Assembly (NCBI GenBank): GCA_965219085.1
Contig: OZ244720.1
Coordinates: 2,816,001-2,880,000 of the forward strand
Reading direction: 5' to 3'
DNA: 64,000 nucleotides
From: Dehalococcoidia bacterium
GTDB lineage: Bacteria; Chloroflexota; Dehalococcoidia; UBA2979
In this document: one piece after another, positions 38,937-49,460 of the stretch
Numbering within the stretch: position 1 is the first letter of the stretch
Layout: every line of letters starts with the position of its first letter
Translations under genes and position numbers: made by a program
Notes under the pieces: generated by a model
What the model was told of the DNA's origin: nothing
The model's input: the letters and a program-made list of their open reading frames with translations, nothing else
The model's database searches: none

Positions 38937-40893
38937 GCCATATGTCCTCGCTCGGAATCGGGTCCTGGAAGTAGCGGAAGACGGTGGGCTCGCCCACGCG
39001 CTCGGCCAGCAGTTCCACGGCGAGCTCGCCGAGCCATTGCGGCACGGAGCCGGTCGTCCGGCTGGAGTCCTCACCGTCCTGCAACGAGCCTTGCTCGTAC
39101 TTCACCACCGCGATCAGGACGGCCTGGCGCCGGTCGCGGTCGAGGCGGCCTGCTGCGATGCGGTATTCGCGGGTCGCGTAGCGTTCGGCGCCGTGGAACA
39201 GCCATGGCGGGAAGGGCCCCGCGCCCGGCCACGACCCGTGGGCGCCCGTCAATGCCTGGGCGGCGAACGCATCCAGCCGCCACTCGCCGCATCGGTTCAG
39301 CGCGATGATGGTCTGAGCCTGCCAGAGCCGGTCGCCGCACCACGCATTGAACGAGTACGCCGGGAACGCCTCACGCACGGCATCCACGTCGGCGCCGGCA
39401 TAGATCGTGTACGCGGGCAGCTCGGCTTCGAACCGCTCGACGAAGAACGCGTGCACGTGCTCGAGTTCCGCCTCGACCTCCTCGCGCGCGTCGGCCGCAA
39501 CGTCGCCGAGGAACACGAGGGACGGCCCGCCGGCTTCGTCCTCAACCCGGTGGGCGTCGGGCGCGAAGTGTTCGGCGCGGTACGCCTCGAACGACACGTG
39601 GAAGTCGTCGATGCTCATGCCGAAGGCGGCTTCGAAGGAGCGGGTCCAGTCTGTGGACGTGCGCAACAGGCGGTGGTAGTGGGCGATGGCGTCGTCGCCC
39701 CGCCTCCCCGGTGAGCCATTCCACCGCGAGGAAGGCCAGGTCGCTCACTCCGTCGTCCCGCGTCTTGTCCTCATCGATTTGTCCTCATCGATCTCACGCA
39801 AGGCGAGCGCGCTACGCCGTGCTGCCCGCAGTGCTCGGGTGTTGGCGGAGTCCTCGACGCCTATCGCGGCGTGGTACAGCAGCTGAGCATACGAGGACAG
39901 GCCGAGCGTGAGCCACGCCGGGGGCCTTGCCGCCGTGCCAGCGGGGAAGGCGCCCAGCGCCTGTTTGGAGTAGATGTATGCGCGGAGGTACGGCTCCTTC
40001 TGCTCGTATGCCAGCCGTTCGCCGAGTGCGTTGGTGATCCCGCAACTGAGAACGACGATGGCGACCCCGTCGAAGCTGCGGCCGCAGACGTTCGTCTGCG
40101 GCTCCGAGTCAACACCGCCCGGTAAGCCAGCCGCCCGCCTGCGTCGTCGTTCGCGATGTAGTAGAAGGCGCCGCGCGCGATGCGCCCGAAGTACTCTGCG
40201 AAGAACGTCTCCGTGCCGTCGTACTGCGTGAGGATGGCGTCCTTCTTGCCGGTCGGTAAGTCGCCGAAGAATGCGACGGGTGGAGGCCGGGTCCCGGCTT
40301 GCCACCAGTTCCGCGCGCCCGGCGCCTCGACGCAGACCGCGTCGCCGCGCACGGGCGTGGCGTCGCCGGGGGTGTACCGCACGTAGCGCTGCCGAGAGGG
40401 TTCCCAGCGCAGAATCCTGGCGCCGGGACCATCGAGGCGGTCGACAGCCTCCGGGTCGGCTACCGCGACGAGGTTGATGCCCTCGGACAGCCGCAGGAGC
40501 ACGCTGTCCGGCTCGGCCGGGCGGGTCCATTCGACGGTCATGTCGCCGCGCAGGCGTAGCCAGAGCGCCGTGGCGGGCTTCACCGTAGGCAGTTCGTCGT
40601 AGCGGCGACGCACGGCGTGCTGGTAGGCCTGCGCCTCCGCGTCCCACGCGAGACCTGCCGCAGCGCCGGGATCGCGTCGAACAGCTCCGAGGTGGACTTG
40701 GTCGGCCCGACCCAGCCGACCATGTTCCAGCCGGGATACAGCACCGTCGTGATCGTGTCCGCCTCGGACGCTCCCGCCGCGCTGGACGCCGCGACGGCCT
40801 GCCCAGGCGTCACTTCGATGCCGAGCGCGAGCAGCACAAGCGCCGCGAGGAGTGCGCGCCGGAGGTGCGCGGGCGCGAGTGGGCTGGGCGTCA

Positions 40894-42984
40894 TCATGGC
40901 GCTTCCAGCGTCGCGCGGTACGCCTCGAACTGCTCGTGGAACTCCTCGAAGGTGAGGCCGAAGGCACCCTCGAACGCCTCGTCTCGGCTCGTGGCATCTG
41001 GAAGCCGGCGGTAGTAGTCGAAGACAGCCGGGTCGCCGGCGTGGTCGGCGAGCCACTCGACGGCGAGGAAGCCGAGAGCCCTGGTTGGCCACCTTCCGGC
41101 GGCGCGGGCACCGTCTGAGGTCGAGAGATCCGGGGCCGAAACGGGGTTGTAGACGGCGGCGGACGCCGCCAGATCGTGGAATTCCCCGACGACGAGCGTT
41201 CCGGCGGCTTCCCCGTACATGGCTTCGGCGTATGCGATGGCGCCGTCGTCGAACCAGGCGGGGGCCCGGCCGGAGGCGATCCCGGACGCGGGAATCGGTT
41301 GCTTGTGAGCCAGCTCGCGTATCAGCCCGCCGACGTAGAAATAGTCGAGCGGTGGCGAGGCGCCGCACTGTGCCAGCGTGAGCGCGCCCACTCCGTAGAG
41401 CGGCCAGCGGCGGCAGCTCTTGGAGTCATGCCAACCCGGGATGGCAGCAAGCGCCTCCTCGGCATCCGCTGCAACGTACAGGCTGAACTCTGTCGCTTCC
41501 GCCTCGAACCGGTCGGCGAAGAACTGCCGCACATCCTCGAACTCAGACCGGATCGCCAGGGCGGTCTCCAGTGGTACGCCCTCGAGCACCACCAGCACCG
41601 CCTCCTCCCTGGCGTCAGTGAGGTGCGGCAGCCGAGGGAAGGTCGCGGCCCGGTAGTCCGCGAACTGCTCGTAGAAGTCGTCAGCGCTGATGCCGAACGC
41701 CGCTCCGAAGGCGTCCTGCCAGTCGTCGGTATCGCGTATGAGACGGAAGTACTCGAAGACGGCGGGATCGCCGGCGCGGTCCGCGAGCCATTCCACGGCG
41801 AAGAAGCCGAGCCCCGCCTCGGCGCCGTTGAGCCACCCACTGCGGTTCTCGGTGACCTCGAACGCCTGCAACGGGAGTTCGGTTCGCCGGGCCCAGCCGT
41901 TCCAGTTCTCGCGTGAGCGGGTCGGCCTGAACCCGGCAGCCTCGTCATGCACGTGGCGTGCGTACTCGAACGAACCCTCGGTCAGCCAGCCCGGACCGCG
42001 TGGGTCGAGCCTGGGCCGCCCGCGCAGGCGAGAGCCCTTCCGGGCAGTCTCGGAGATCAGCGCGTCGAGATACTCCGCCGCCTGTGCACCGCCCTCGAAG
42101 AGGTACGCGCATCTGAGCACCCTGACCGTGACCGCGACAAAGTCGGTGCGTCCGCAGAAGCCATCAGTGCCGGGATCGCGACCGAACACGGCGCGATAGA
42201 TCGTGCGCACATCGTTGGTGTCTGCGCCGATGTAGTGGTGCCGGCCTCGCCCCACTGCCCCGAAGCGGACGGCGAAGAACGCCCTGGCGCCCTCGTACGC
42301 GGCAATGATCGCAGCCTGAGTGTCCTCCGGGATGTCGCCATGGAACGTAAACGGTGGCTTCTGTGCTCCGGGCTGCCACCAGCCGACTGGGTGCGAGGCC
42401 TCGATCCAGACGGCGGCTCCGTGTCTGAGCTCGGCGACGTCGCCTGCCGGGCTGGACACTGGGATGTATCGCACGTACCGCTGCGTCTGCGCGTCCCAAC
42501 CCCGCGCGAGCACCACGGCATCGCCGAGACGAGCCACGGCTTCGGCGACCGGCGTGCCGTCCTGACCCGTCCAGCCCACGAGGTTCTCCCCGGCGCGTAG
42601 GGAGAGCAGCACGCTCTCGCGCGACACCGCGCGGGCCCACTCGACGGTGGAGTCGCCACTGAGACGCAGCCACAGCCCCATGCCGGGTGTGAGCGTCGGC
42701 AGTTCGCCGTACCGGCGTCTCAGGGCGTGCAGGTGGGCCTGCGCGTCGGCGTCCCACGCCGACACCTGCCGCAGCGCCGGGATCGCGTCGAACAGCTCCG
42801 AGGTGGATGTGCTCGGCCCGACCCAGCCGACCATGTTCCAGCCGGGGTACAGCACCGTCGTGATCGTGTCCGCCTCCGGCGCCTCCTCTGAGGCGGCCAT
42901 CGTCCGGGCGGGCGCCATGCCCGAAGCCAGCACCAGGAGCGTGAAGGCGACGAGGGGTACCCGTCGGAGGTGGCTCACCGGCAC
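40894..42984 (-). CDS. Array gene A: intact secreted protein with PGWNMVGW domain and two degenerate peptidase-MA-like domains
   Basis: Signal peptide, PGWNMVGW/AGENLVGW repeats, WLTEG and WFDDG, two LGFxAVEWLAD..GD...AFG blocks. Confidence 0.88.
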   Translation of the reverse strand: MPVSHLRRVPLVAFTLLVLASGMAPARTMAASEEAPEADTITTVLYPGWNMVGWVGPSTSTSELFDAIPALRQVSAWDADAQAHLHALRRRYGELPTLTPGMGLWLRLSGDSTVEWARAVSRESVLLSLRAGENLVGWTGQDGTPVAEAVARLGDAVVLARGWDAQTQRYVRYIPVSSPAGDVAELRHGAAVWIEASHPVGWWQPGAQKPPFTFHGDIPEDTQAAIIAAYEGARAFFAVRFGAVGRGRHHYIGADTNDVRTIYRAVFGRDPGTDGFCGRTDFVAVTVRVLRCAYLFEGGAQAAEYLDALISETARKGSRLRGRPRLDPRGPGWLTEGSFEYARHVHDEAAGFRPTRSRENWNGWARRTELPLQAFEVTENRSGWLNGAEAGLGFFAVEWLADRAGDPAVFEYFRLIRDTDDWQDAFGAAFGISADDFYEQFADYRAATFPRLPHLTDAREEAVLVVLEGVPLETALAIRSEFEDVRQFFADRFEAEATEFSLYVAADAEEALAAIPGWHDSKSCRRWPLYGVGALTLAQCGASPPLDYFYVGGLIRELAHKQPIPASGIASGRAPAWFDDGAIAYAEAMYGEAAGTLVVGEFHDLAASAAVYNPVSAPDLSTSDGARAAGRWPTRALGFLAVEWLADHAGDPAVFDYYRRLPDATSRDEAFEGAFGLTFEEFHEQFEAYRATLEAP

Positions 42985-43115
42985 GCGTGGCTCCCCTCCG
43001 CGGCCCCGGCGCAGCAGGGCGCGTAAAGAATACGCGCACGGGGCGCGGATGGTTCCCTCCGCTGCACGGACTGGTCGGGGCGGCAGCGTCTGGCGCGGTT
43101 GCGCGCTATCCTCGA

Positions 43116-43886
43116 ATGGACATGACCACCACCCGCTCCAGACGCTCGCGCGCCCGCCCGCGCCTCGACGTATTGCTCGTCGAGCGCGGTCTTGCGCCCT
43201 CGCCTGAGCGCGCGCGTGCGCTCGTGCTCGCGCGCGACGTGCGCGTCGACGGCACGGTCGCGACGCGCCCCGCCCAGCAGGTGGCGGACGGCGCGGCCAT
43301 CGAGGTGCGCGAGCCGCCGCCGTTCGTCAGCCGGGGCGGGGAGAAGCTCGCGCGCGCGCTCGACCGCACCGGCGTCGACGTGCATGGGCTGCGTTGCCTG
43401 GACGTCGGCGCTTCGACCGGGGGGTTCACCGACTGCCTGCTCCAACGCGGCGCGCGCGAGGTCGTGGCCGTCGACGCCGGCTACGGGCAGCTCGCGCAGC
43501 GGCTCCGCGACGACCCGCGTGTCGAGGTGCGCGAGCGCACGAACGCGCGCACGCTCGAGCCGCTCGACCCGCCGGCCGACCTGGCGGTCACCGACGTATC
43601 GTTCATCTCGCTCACCCTCGTGCTGCCGGCCGTGCTCGGCTCATTGCGGGGCGGCGCCGACGTGCTGGCGCTCGTGAAGCCGCAGTTCGAGGCTGAACGC
43701 GCCGACGTGCAGCGCGGCGGCATCGTGCATGACCCGGTCGTCCACGCCCGCGTCGTCGGTCGCGTGGCCGCCTGGGCCATCGACCGAGGCGTGCGGGTGC
43801 GCGGCGTCGTGCGCTCGCCGCTGCGGGGCCCGGCGGGGAACCGCGAGTTCTTCGTGTGGCTGCGCACGACCACGGAGGCGGCATGA
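43116..43886 (+). CDS. tlyA: TlyA-family rRNA methyltransferase
   Basis: S4 domain RLDVLLV, FVSRGGEKL, DVGASTGGFTDCLLQ, DVSFISL, LVKPQFE, GNREF. Confidence 0.95.
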   Translation: MDMTTTRSRRSRARPRLDVLLVERGLAPSPERARALVLARDVRVDGTVATRPAQQVADGAAIEVREPPPFVSRGGEKLARALDRTGVDVHGLRCLDVGASTGGFTDCLLQRGAREVVAVDAGYGQLAQRLRDDPRVEVRERTNARTLEPLDPPADLAVTDVSFISLTLVLPAVLGSLRGGADVLALVKPQFEAERADVQRGGIVHDPVVHARVVGRVAAWAIDRGVRVRGVVRSPLRGPAGNREFFVWLRTTTEAA

Positions 43887-44794
43887 GCAGCGAGCGCGGC
43901 GGCGGCGCGATCCAGCGGTGTGGCGTGTGCTACCACCCCGACGTGACCGGCGCGGCGCAGCTCGCACAACAGCTGTGCGATCAGGCCGCGGAGGCAGGCT
44001 GCGACGTCTGGATGGCCGCACTCGAGCGCGATGGGAACCCGTCGCCGGATGGCGGCGCGGTGGCCGCTCAGCTGCCGGGCACCGACCTGCTCGTCTGCGT
44101 CGGCGGCGACGGCACCATGCTGCAGGCGTCCGGGCTCGCCTCGCTGCTCGGCGTGCCGGTGTTCGGGGTGCGCATGGGCCGCCTCGGGTTCCTCGCGGAG
44201 TCCACCGAGGGCGAGGCCGAGGCCGCGCTCGGGCTGATCCTCCTCGGCGAAGGCCGCATCGAGGAGCGCACGATGGCGCAGGCATCCGTCGTGGACGCGA
44301 GCGGGGAGGCCGAGGCGCTGCACGCGCTGAACGACGTCGTGATCGGCCGCAACCGCCTCGGCCGCACCGTCACGGTCGGCCTGAGCGTCGACGGCGTGCT
44401 GCTCGCCGAGTACCGCGCCGACGCCGTCGTGGTGGCGACGGCGACGGGCTCGACGGGGTACACGCTCGCGATCAACGGCCCAATCCTCTACCCGACCTCG
44501 CCGGAGTTGATCGTGGGCGCGGTCGCGCCGCACCTGTCGTACGGCAACGCGCTGGTCGTGCGCGGCGAGACGGAGATCACGCTGCGGATGGCCCGCGGCT
44601 ACGAGGCGATGATGACCGTCGACGGCCATCACGAGCGCCCGGTGCCGTCCGGCACCGTCGTGCGCGTCACGCGCTCTCCTCGCGTCGCGCGCTTCGTGCG
44701 GCTCGGTGGGGAGCGGCAGTTCTACGCGAACCTCGCGCTGCGGCTGGGCTGGCTGCGCATCGACCACCAGCTCGACGCCGACGACGGCGAGTGA
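43883..44794 (+). CDS. nadK: NAD(+) kinase
   Basis: VGGDGTML, GRLGFL, ALND, ATATGSTGY. Confidence 0.94.
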   Translation: MSSERGGGAIQRCGVCYHPDVTGAAQLAQQLCDQAAEAGCDVWMAALERDGNPSPDGGAVAAQLPGTDLLVCVGGDGTMLQASGLASLLGVPVFGVRMGRLGFLAESTEGEAEAALGLILLGEGRIEERTMAQASVVDASGEAEALHALNDVVIGRNRLGRTVTVGLSVDGVLLAEYRADAVVVATATGSTGYTLAINGPILYPTSPELIVGAVAPHLSYGNALVVRGETEITLRMARGYEAMMTVDGHHERPVPSGTVVRVTRSPRVARFVRLGGERQFYANLALRLGWLRIDHQLDADDGE

Positions 44795-44846
44795 GGGCTG
44801 CGGGCGGGGTGATGCCTATCGCGCCGCGCGGTTCTATCCTGTACGC

Positions 44847-45386
44847 ATGACTACGGACATCGCCGCCCTTCCAGCCTCGCTCCCCGATGGCGCCGTGGTG
44901 GACCGCGCAACCGTCGGGGATGTCGACGCGATCACTGACCTCGTCAACTTCTGGGCGGCGCGCGGCGACATGCTGCCGCGCACCAAGGGCGAGACCTACG
45001 AGAACCTGCGCGACTTCTTCGTGATCCGCGAGGACGGCGCGGTCGTCGCGTGCGGGGCGCTCCACATCGTGTGGGCCGACATCGCCGAGCTGAAGTCGCT
45101 CGCCGTCTCCGAGAACTGCCAGGGCCGCGGCTACGGCCAGCACCTCGTGCGCGCGTGCGTCGAGGAGGCGTCCCGGCTCGGCCTCGATCGCGTGTTCGCG
45201 CTCACCTACAAGCCCGAGTTCTTCGAGCAGTTCGGCTTCATCCAGGCCGACGTGATGGCGCTGCCGCGCAAGGTGTGGAACGAGTGCTACCGCTGCCCGA
45301 AGTTCCCCGGCTGCAACGAGATCGCGATCACGCTCGACCTCCCCGGCCGCACGGCCGAGCCGGCCGCCGCCGCAGTCGCGCTGTGA
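44847..45386 (+). CDS. GNAT N-acetyltransferase (short ArgA-like)
   Basis: MLPR, ENLRDF, AELKSLAV, QGRGYG, VFALTY, LPRKVWNECYRCPKFPGCNE. Confidence 0.85.
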   Translation: MTTDIAALPASLPDGAVVDRATVGDVDAITDLVNFWAARGDMLPRTKGETYENLRDFFVIREDGAVVACGALHIVWADIAELKSLAVSENCQGRGYGQHLVRACVEEASRLGLDRVFALTYKPEFFEQFGFIQADVMALPRKVWNECYRCPKFPGCNEIAITLDLPGRTAEPAAAAVAL

Positions 45387-45946
45387 CGCCTGACCCGCTG
45401 CCCGAAGTCCTCAGCAGCGAACGCGTCTACGAAGGCCGCGTCTTCGACATCGAGCACGACGCGATCCGCTTCCCGGACGGCGTCGAGGCGATGCGCGCGA
45501 CCGTGCGCCACCCCGGCGCGGTCGCCCTCGTGGTCATCGACGACGACGGGCGCTGGCTGCTCGTCGAGCAGTACCGCCACCCGGCCGGGCAGCGGCTGCT
45601 CGAGATCCCGGCCGGCACGCGCGAGCCCGGCGAGGCGCCGGACGTCACCGCGCACCGCGAGTTGCGCGAGGAGACCGGCTACGACGCCGACTCGCTCGTG
45701 CGCATCGGCGGCGCGTGGATGGCGCCGGGCTTCACCTCGGAGTACATCGACTTCTACCTCGCGACCGGCCTGCGCGAGGCGCCGCTCGACACCGGCGACG
45801 AGGAGGACCTCGGCGCGCCGATCCCGTACACGCGCGAAGCGATCGAGGCGGCCGTCGCCGACGGCACGATCGAGGACGCGAAGACCCTGGTCGCGCTACA
45901 GCTCTACGAGCTGCACTCGCAGCGGGGGGACGCAGCAGCGGGCTGA
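45383..45946 (+). CDS. NUDIX hydrolase (ADP-ribose pyrophosphatase-like)
   Basis: HPGAV, QYRHP, EIPAG...AHRELREETG Nudix box, IEDAKT. Confidence 0.92.
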   Translation: MTPDPLPEVLSSERVYEGRVFDIEHDAIRFPDGVEAMRATVRHPGAVALVVIDDDGRWLLVEQYRHPAGQRLLEIPAGTREPGEAPDVTAHRELREETGYDADSLVRIGGAWMAPGFTSEYIDFYLATGLREAPLDTGDEEDLGAPIPYTREAIEAAVADGTIEDAKTLVALQLYELHSQRGDAAAG

Positions 45947-45971
45947 GCGCGCGTAGCGGGCCGGACGGCGG

Positions 45972-46255
45972 CTAGACGCCGTCCATCACGATGATGCTCG
46001 TGTCTGACGTGGGGTTGAGGATCTCCACGAACTCGGCGTAGCTGTCCGAATCGAGCCAGGCCCTGGCCGCATCCGCGTTGTCGAACTCGACTACGACGAA
46101 GCGAGGCGGCGCCCAATCGCCCTGGCGTACGTCGCCGCCGCCGCCGCGGAGGATGTACTTGCCGCCGTGGCGCTCGATGCCGGCACACCCGCGGCGAACT
46201 CGGCGAAGCCCGCCTCATCGGTTACGCGCACATCGGCGACTACGTATCCAGCCAA
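45972..46255 (-). pseudogene. DUF1330-family protein with a single frameshift
   Basis: [11 protein letters not shown]...|[13 protein letters not shown]...VVVEFD...AWLDSDSY; GGAGG RBS with TTG start; 284 nt is not a multiple of 3. Confidence 0.75.
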
Positions 46256-46405
46256 CGTGCGGCCTCCCTCTCGCGCGATCGTGCCCGCGCACAGCACGCG
46301 GCCTCCGGAGTCCCTGTGAAGCCTCGGCGGCACGTCAACGCGCAGGCAGGATCGAGCCGTGACGATCGGCTGACGCCGGACCTGTCGCGGGTGGGCCGCG
46401 CCCGC

Positions 46406-46434
46406 TTGACCATGACCGCACCCCCGGCAATAGT
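46406..46434 (+). promoter_or_regulatory. Putative sigma70 promoter of the frd operon
   Basis: TTGACC-17 nt-AATAGT upstream of the frdA GTG (coordinates approximate). Confidence 0.4.
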
Positions 46435-46489
46435 CAGCCTCGCCACCGGCCACGCGGGGCCCGGGGGAGTGCGGCACAAAGGGGCAGCC

Positions 46490-48250
46490 GTGGCAGACGA
46501 CCTGCAACACGACATCCTCATCGTCGGCGGCGGCGGCGCGGGCCTGCGCGCCGTGATCGCAGCCGCCGAGGCGCACCCCGACCTCGACATCGCAATGGTC
46601 TCCAAGGTCTACCCGATGCGCAGCCACACGGTCTCCGCCGAGGGCGGCGCCGCAGCCGTGATCAAAGAGGACGACAGCTTCGACGAGCACATCCACGACA
46701 CCATCAGCGGCGCCGACTGGCTCGCCGACCAGGACGCCGTCGAACTGTTCGTCAACGAGGCCCCCGGCGAGATGATCCAGCTCGAGCACTGGGGTTGCCC
46801 GTGGAGCCGCGAGGAGGACGGCAGCGTCGCCGTCCGCCCCTTCGGCGGGATGCGCATCCGGCGCACCTGGTACGCCGCCGACAAGACCGGCTTTCACATG
46901 CTCCACACGCTGTTCCAGACCTCGCTCAAGCACACCGCCGTCAAGCGCTACGACGAGTGGTTCGCGACGCGCCTGCTCGTCGAGGACGGGCGCTGCCAGG
47001 GCGTCATCGCGATCGAGATGCGGACCGGCGAGGTCCACGCGATCCGCGCGCGCTCGGTGATCATGTGCACCGGCGGCGGCGGGCGCGTCTTCCCGTTCAC
47101 CACCAACGCCGCGATCAAGACCGGCGACGGCATGGCGATGGCGTACCGTGCCGGCGTCGCGCTCAAGGACATGGAGTTCGTCCAGTACCACCCCACGGGC
47201 CTGCCCGGCACCGGCATCCTCATCACCGAGGCAGCCCGCGGCGAGGGCGGCATCCTGGTCAACAGCGAGGGTCACCGCTACCTCGAGGACTACAACCTCG
47301 GCGATCCCGTCCCCATCGACGACCCGCGCCACCCGCAGCTCCGCACCATGGAACTCGGTCCGCGCGACAAGCTCTCGCAGGCCTTCATGAAGGAGCAGGA
47401 CGCGGGCCGCGTCTTCCACGGCGAGTACGGCACCTATACCCACCTCGACGTGCGGCACCTCGGCGAGCAGCTGATCGAGGAGCGCATCCCGTTCGTGCGC
47501 GAGCTCGCGAAGAACTACGCGGGCATCGACCCGGTGCATGAGCCGATCCCGGTGCGGCCCGTCGTGCACTACATGATGGGCGGCATCCACACCAACACGA
47601 ACGGCGAGACGAGCCTGCCGGGCCTGTTCGCCGCGGGCGAGTGCGCCTGCGTCAGCATCAACGGCGCGAACCGCCTCGGCTCCAACTCCCTGACGGAGCT
47701 GCTCGTGTTCGGCCGCCGCGCCGGCCTCGCCGCCGCCGAGTTCGCGCGCGAACACCCCGACCTCGACAGCGACGCGCTCGAGGCGCAGCGCGCCGACGAG
47801 GAGGCCTCGATCGCCGCGCGCTTCCGCACCCCGCGCGACGGCGGCGAGCGCCTCGTCACCATCCGCCGCGAGCTCAACGCCACGATGGAAGCAGGCGTCG
47901 GCGTCTATCGCGAAGAGGCGCTGCTACAGGCCACGACCGAGAAGGTCGCCGAGCTCAAGGAGCGCTTCGAGAACGTCGCCATCGACGACCACAGCAAGAG
48001 CTTCAACACCGAGCTCACCACCGCGATCGAGCTCGGCTTCCTGCTCGAAGTCGGCGAGGCGGTCGCACACTCCGCGCTCCAGCGCACCGAGTCGCGCGGC
48101 TCGCACCAGCGCATCGACCACCCCGACCGCGACGACGACCAGTTCCTCAAGCACTCGCTCGCGTTCCGCACCGACGGCGCGCCGCGCATCGAGTACTCGG
48201 ACGTGACGATCACCAAGTGGCCGCCCGCCGAGCGGACCTACGGCAACTAG
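46490..48250 (+). CDS. frdA: Fumarate reductase/succinate dehydrogenase flavoprotein
   Basis: [16 protein letters not shown] (covalent FAD His), [28 protein letters not shown]. Confidence 0.93.
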   Translation: MADDLQHDILIVGGGGAGLRAVIAAAEAHPDLDIAMVSKVYPMRSHTVSAEGGAAAVIKEDDSFDEHIHDTISGADWLADQDAVELFVNEAPGEMIQLEHWGCPWSREEDGSVAVRPFGGMRIRRTWYAADKTGFHMLHTLFQTSLKHTAVKRYDEWFATRLLVEDGRCQGVIAIEMRTGEVHAIRARSVIMCTGGGGRVFPFTTNAAIKTGDGMAMAYRAGVALKDMEFVQYHPTGLPGTGILITEAARGEGGILVNSEGHRYLEDYNLGDPVPIDDPRHPQLRTMELGPRDKLSQAFMKEQDAGRVFHGEYGTYTHLDVRHLGEQLIEERIPFVRELAKNYAGIDPVHEPIPVRPVVHYMMGGIHTNTNGETSLPGLFAAGECACVSINGANRLGSNSLTELLVFGRRAGLAAAEFAREHPDLDSDALEAQRADEEASIAARFRTPRDGGERLVTIRRELNATMEAGVGVYREEALLQATTEKVAELKERFENVAIDDHSKSFNTELTTAIELGFLLEVGEAVAHSALQRTESRGSHQRIDHPDRDDDQFLKHSLAFRTDGAPRIEYSDVTITKWPPAERTYGN

Positions 48251-48267
48251 CGAGACCTGGAGGCATC

Positions 48268-49056
48268 GTGACGACCGAAGCCATCGCCGCCGAGGCTGCC
48301 CCCACCGGCCAAACCGTCACGCTCGAGGTGTTCCGCTACCACCCCGACACGGACACGGAGCCCTCGTACCAGAGCTACGAGGTGCCGTACCGCGAGGAAT
48401 GGGTGGTCCTCGACGCGCTGAACTGGCTCAAGGACGAGGTCGACGGCACGCTCAGCTATCGCTGGTCGTGCCGGATGGGCGTCTGCGGCAGCTGCGGGAT
48501 GATGGTCAACGGCTACCCGCGCCTCACCTGCAACGCCTTCCTGCGCGAGTTCCTGCCCGGCCCGATCCGCGTCGAGCCGCTGCGCGGCTTCCCCGTCGAG
48601 CGCGACATGGTGACGGTCCTCGACGACTTCATGGACAAGCTCACCGACGTGAAGCCGTGGATCATCCGCGAGGTCGAGCAGCCGGTCGAGGAGGGCGAGT
48701 ACCTTCAGTCGCCCTCGCAGCTCGCGGACTTCAAGCAGTTCAGCATGTGCATCAACTGCATGCTCTGCTACGCGGCCTGCCCCGTGTACGAGCACGAGGA
48801 CGACTTCCTCGGCCCCGCCGCGCTCGCCCTCGCGCAGCGCTACAACCTCGACTCTCGCGACGAGGGCAACGCGCAGCGCGAGGAGCTGATCTGGTCCGAC
48901 GAGGGCATCTGGGACTGCACGTTCGTTGGCGAGTGCAGCGAGGTCTGCCCCAAGCACGTCGACCCGGCGGGCGCCATCCAGCAGGCCAAGGTTGAGGCGA
49001 CGAACAGCTTCTTCATCTCGCTGCTGCCTTTCACGCCGCCGGGGATGGGTCGCTAG
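48268..49056 (+). CDS. frdB: Fumarate reductase iron-sulfur subunit
   Basis: SYRWSCRMGVCGSCG, CINCMLCYAACP, CTFVGECSEVCPKHVDP. Confidence 0.93.
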   Translation: MTTEAIAAEAAPTGQTVTLEVFRYHPDTDTEPSYQSYEVPYREEWVVLDALNWLKDEVDGTLSYRWSCRMGVCGSCGMMVNGYPRLTCNAFLREFLPGPIRVEPLRGFPVERDMVTVLDDFMDKLTDVKPWIIREVEQPVEEGEYLQSPSQLADFKQFSMCINCMLCYAACPVYEHEDDFLGPAALALAQRYNLDSRDEGNAQREELIWSDEGIWDCTFVGECSEVCPKHVDPAGAIQQAKVEATNSFFISLLPFTPPGMGR

Positions 49057-49448
49057 CGATGCCCGGACCGCTCCCACGAGCCAAGTCCAACGCGTGGTGG
49101 AACCGGAGCTGGGCGTACCGCCTGGTCCTGCTGCGCGAGCTCTCTTCCGTCTTCGTCGCAGCCTACATCGTGCTGCTGCTCGTGCTGGTCACGCAGGTGC
49201 GGGACGGCGAGGGCGCGTTCAACGACTACCTCGACCTGTTGCAGAACCCGGTGTTCTGGGTCCTCCACGCGGTGATTCTCGGCTTTGCACAGCTGCATAC
49301 GTCGACGTGGTTCCGGCTCACACCGAAGGCGCTGGGGTCCAGGGTGGCCGGCAAGCCGGTACCGCCGCAGCTCATGGTCTTCGGGATGTACGTGCTCTGG
49401 GCGGGCGCCTCGATCGTGGTGCTTGCGGCCTTCCTGGTGGACTGGTAG
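49057..49448 (+). CDS. frdC: Fumarate reductase anchor subunit C (ORF track start 49059)
   Basis: WW..YR...LRELSS, three TMs, HTSTWFRLTPKA. Confidence 0.85.
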
Positions 49449-49460
49449 GGGAGGCGCGCC

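Larger units (their letters stand above)
37213..40897 (-). pseudogene. Array gene B: two-domain paralog with several frameshifts, a 14-nt duplication, an internal TAA and an IS insertion
   Basis: Homologous segments in successive frames; ATCGATGAGGACAA duplicated near 39767-39794; IS removal restores EDIWRERFEATFG. Confidence 0.85.

Noticed and set aside
39745-39794. Selenocysteine UGA read-through in array gene B (selB is in the window)
   Set aside because: The TGA results from a frameshift caused by a 14-nt tandem duplication; the homologous sequence continues in another frame.
30395-42984. Diversity-generating retroelement or shufflon driving the paralog array
   Set aside because: No reverse transcriptase, no TR/VR pair differing only at adenines, no invertase or inverted cassettes in this window.
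45972-46255. Programmed frameshift in the DUF1330 gene
   Set aside because: No slippery sequence at the break; a single-base deletion or sequencing error explains it.
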